Below the pieces are notes generated by a model that saw nothing but the letters and a program-made list of their open reading frames with translations, was not told where the DNA came from and made no database searches. A stretch of DNA of 63,954 bases, the filler included, from Rhabdomonas costata (Eukaryota): assembly GCA_019059605.1 (NCBI GenBank). It is 29 parts of 29 records of this genome, joined end to end, with 100 filler letters (N's around TTAATTAATTAA, not from the genome) between each part and the next. Parts side by side here need not be neighbours in the genome. Positions count along the whole stretch, not along the records: positions 61,849 to 63,954 come from JAHMHO010005597.1; 28 more parts are not named here. One strand, given 5' to 3'. Numbering within the stretch: the first letter of the stretch is position 1; every line of letters starts with the position of its first letter. Shown here piece after piece: positions 63,461 to 63,954 of the stretch. The position numbers were made by a program, and so were the translations under genes.

Positions 63461-63954
63461 CTGAGAGATGCAAAGATGCAGAGGCCGCAACAAAAGGTGC
63501 AAATAAGTCGTGAGACTAGAAGACTAGAAGCTTCTGCCCTTAATGGGAGCCTTTGTTCGGCATTCCTAGGTGTAAGTTTTGAGGAATCGTATGCCGATAG
63601 GTTTATTTTTCATATTCATGGATATTCATAGACTTCTCCAGCGTTACTGTGCTGTCATGACTGTAAATAAAATATTTCTGGAACCCCCCTTTCTTGAACT
63701 TTCGCAAGCGTACCGAGTGGGAGGTTAAGCTGCGTTTCTCTTACAAGGAAGAAATTAACATTAATTGTTTGAATCAGGCTGAGCACCTGTGACTTTGCCC
63801 GTGGTCTTGGTCTTTGCTGCGTGAAACCGAAACCGTAATCAGCCATCAAGACGATTTTATGCAATGACCAGGTCCGCTCCGGCTCTGAAGCGAGTTTTAT
63901 GCAACTATAAAATGTAAGATCCTTTGAAACTGGGACTAAGCTCCAACAACCACA

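Overview
This is not one locus. It is 29 unlinked contigs of about 2.1 kb joined by 28 artificial 100-nt spacers (N44-TTAATTAATTAA-N44), so synteny across spacers means nothing. The DNA is from an intron-rich eukaryote, most likely a euglenid (inferred from TTAGGG repeats, many class III cyclase paralogues, TATE/DIRS-like retroelements and GC-AG introns). Manual exon stitching recovers fragments of at least five receptor-type adenylyl cyclase genes and a ZNFX1-like helicase. It also recovers a presequence protease (M16C), a PDCD2L-like protein, ankyrin, armadillo, Kelch and START proteins, and several coiled-coil or unknown proteins. Mobile DNA comprises two decayed tyrosine-recombinase-class (DIRS/TATE-like) retroelement pieces, a decayed Polinton-type protein-primed DNA polymerase, a decayed long ORF of unknown family, and a 114-bp structured repeat found in two unrelated contigs. 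The most notable signals are frequent GC donors (including a GT/GC switch at one homologous intron), AAG acceptors, the cyclase expansion, the intronic repeat and the endogenous viral polymerase. All protein calls are motif recognition by eye; no database searches were run.
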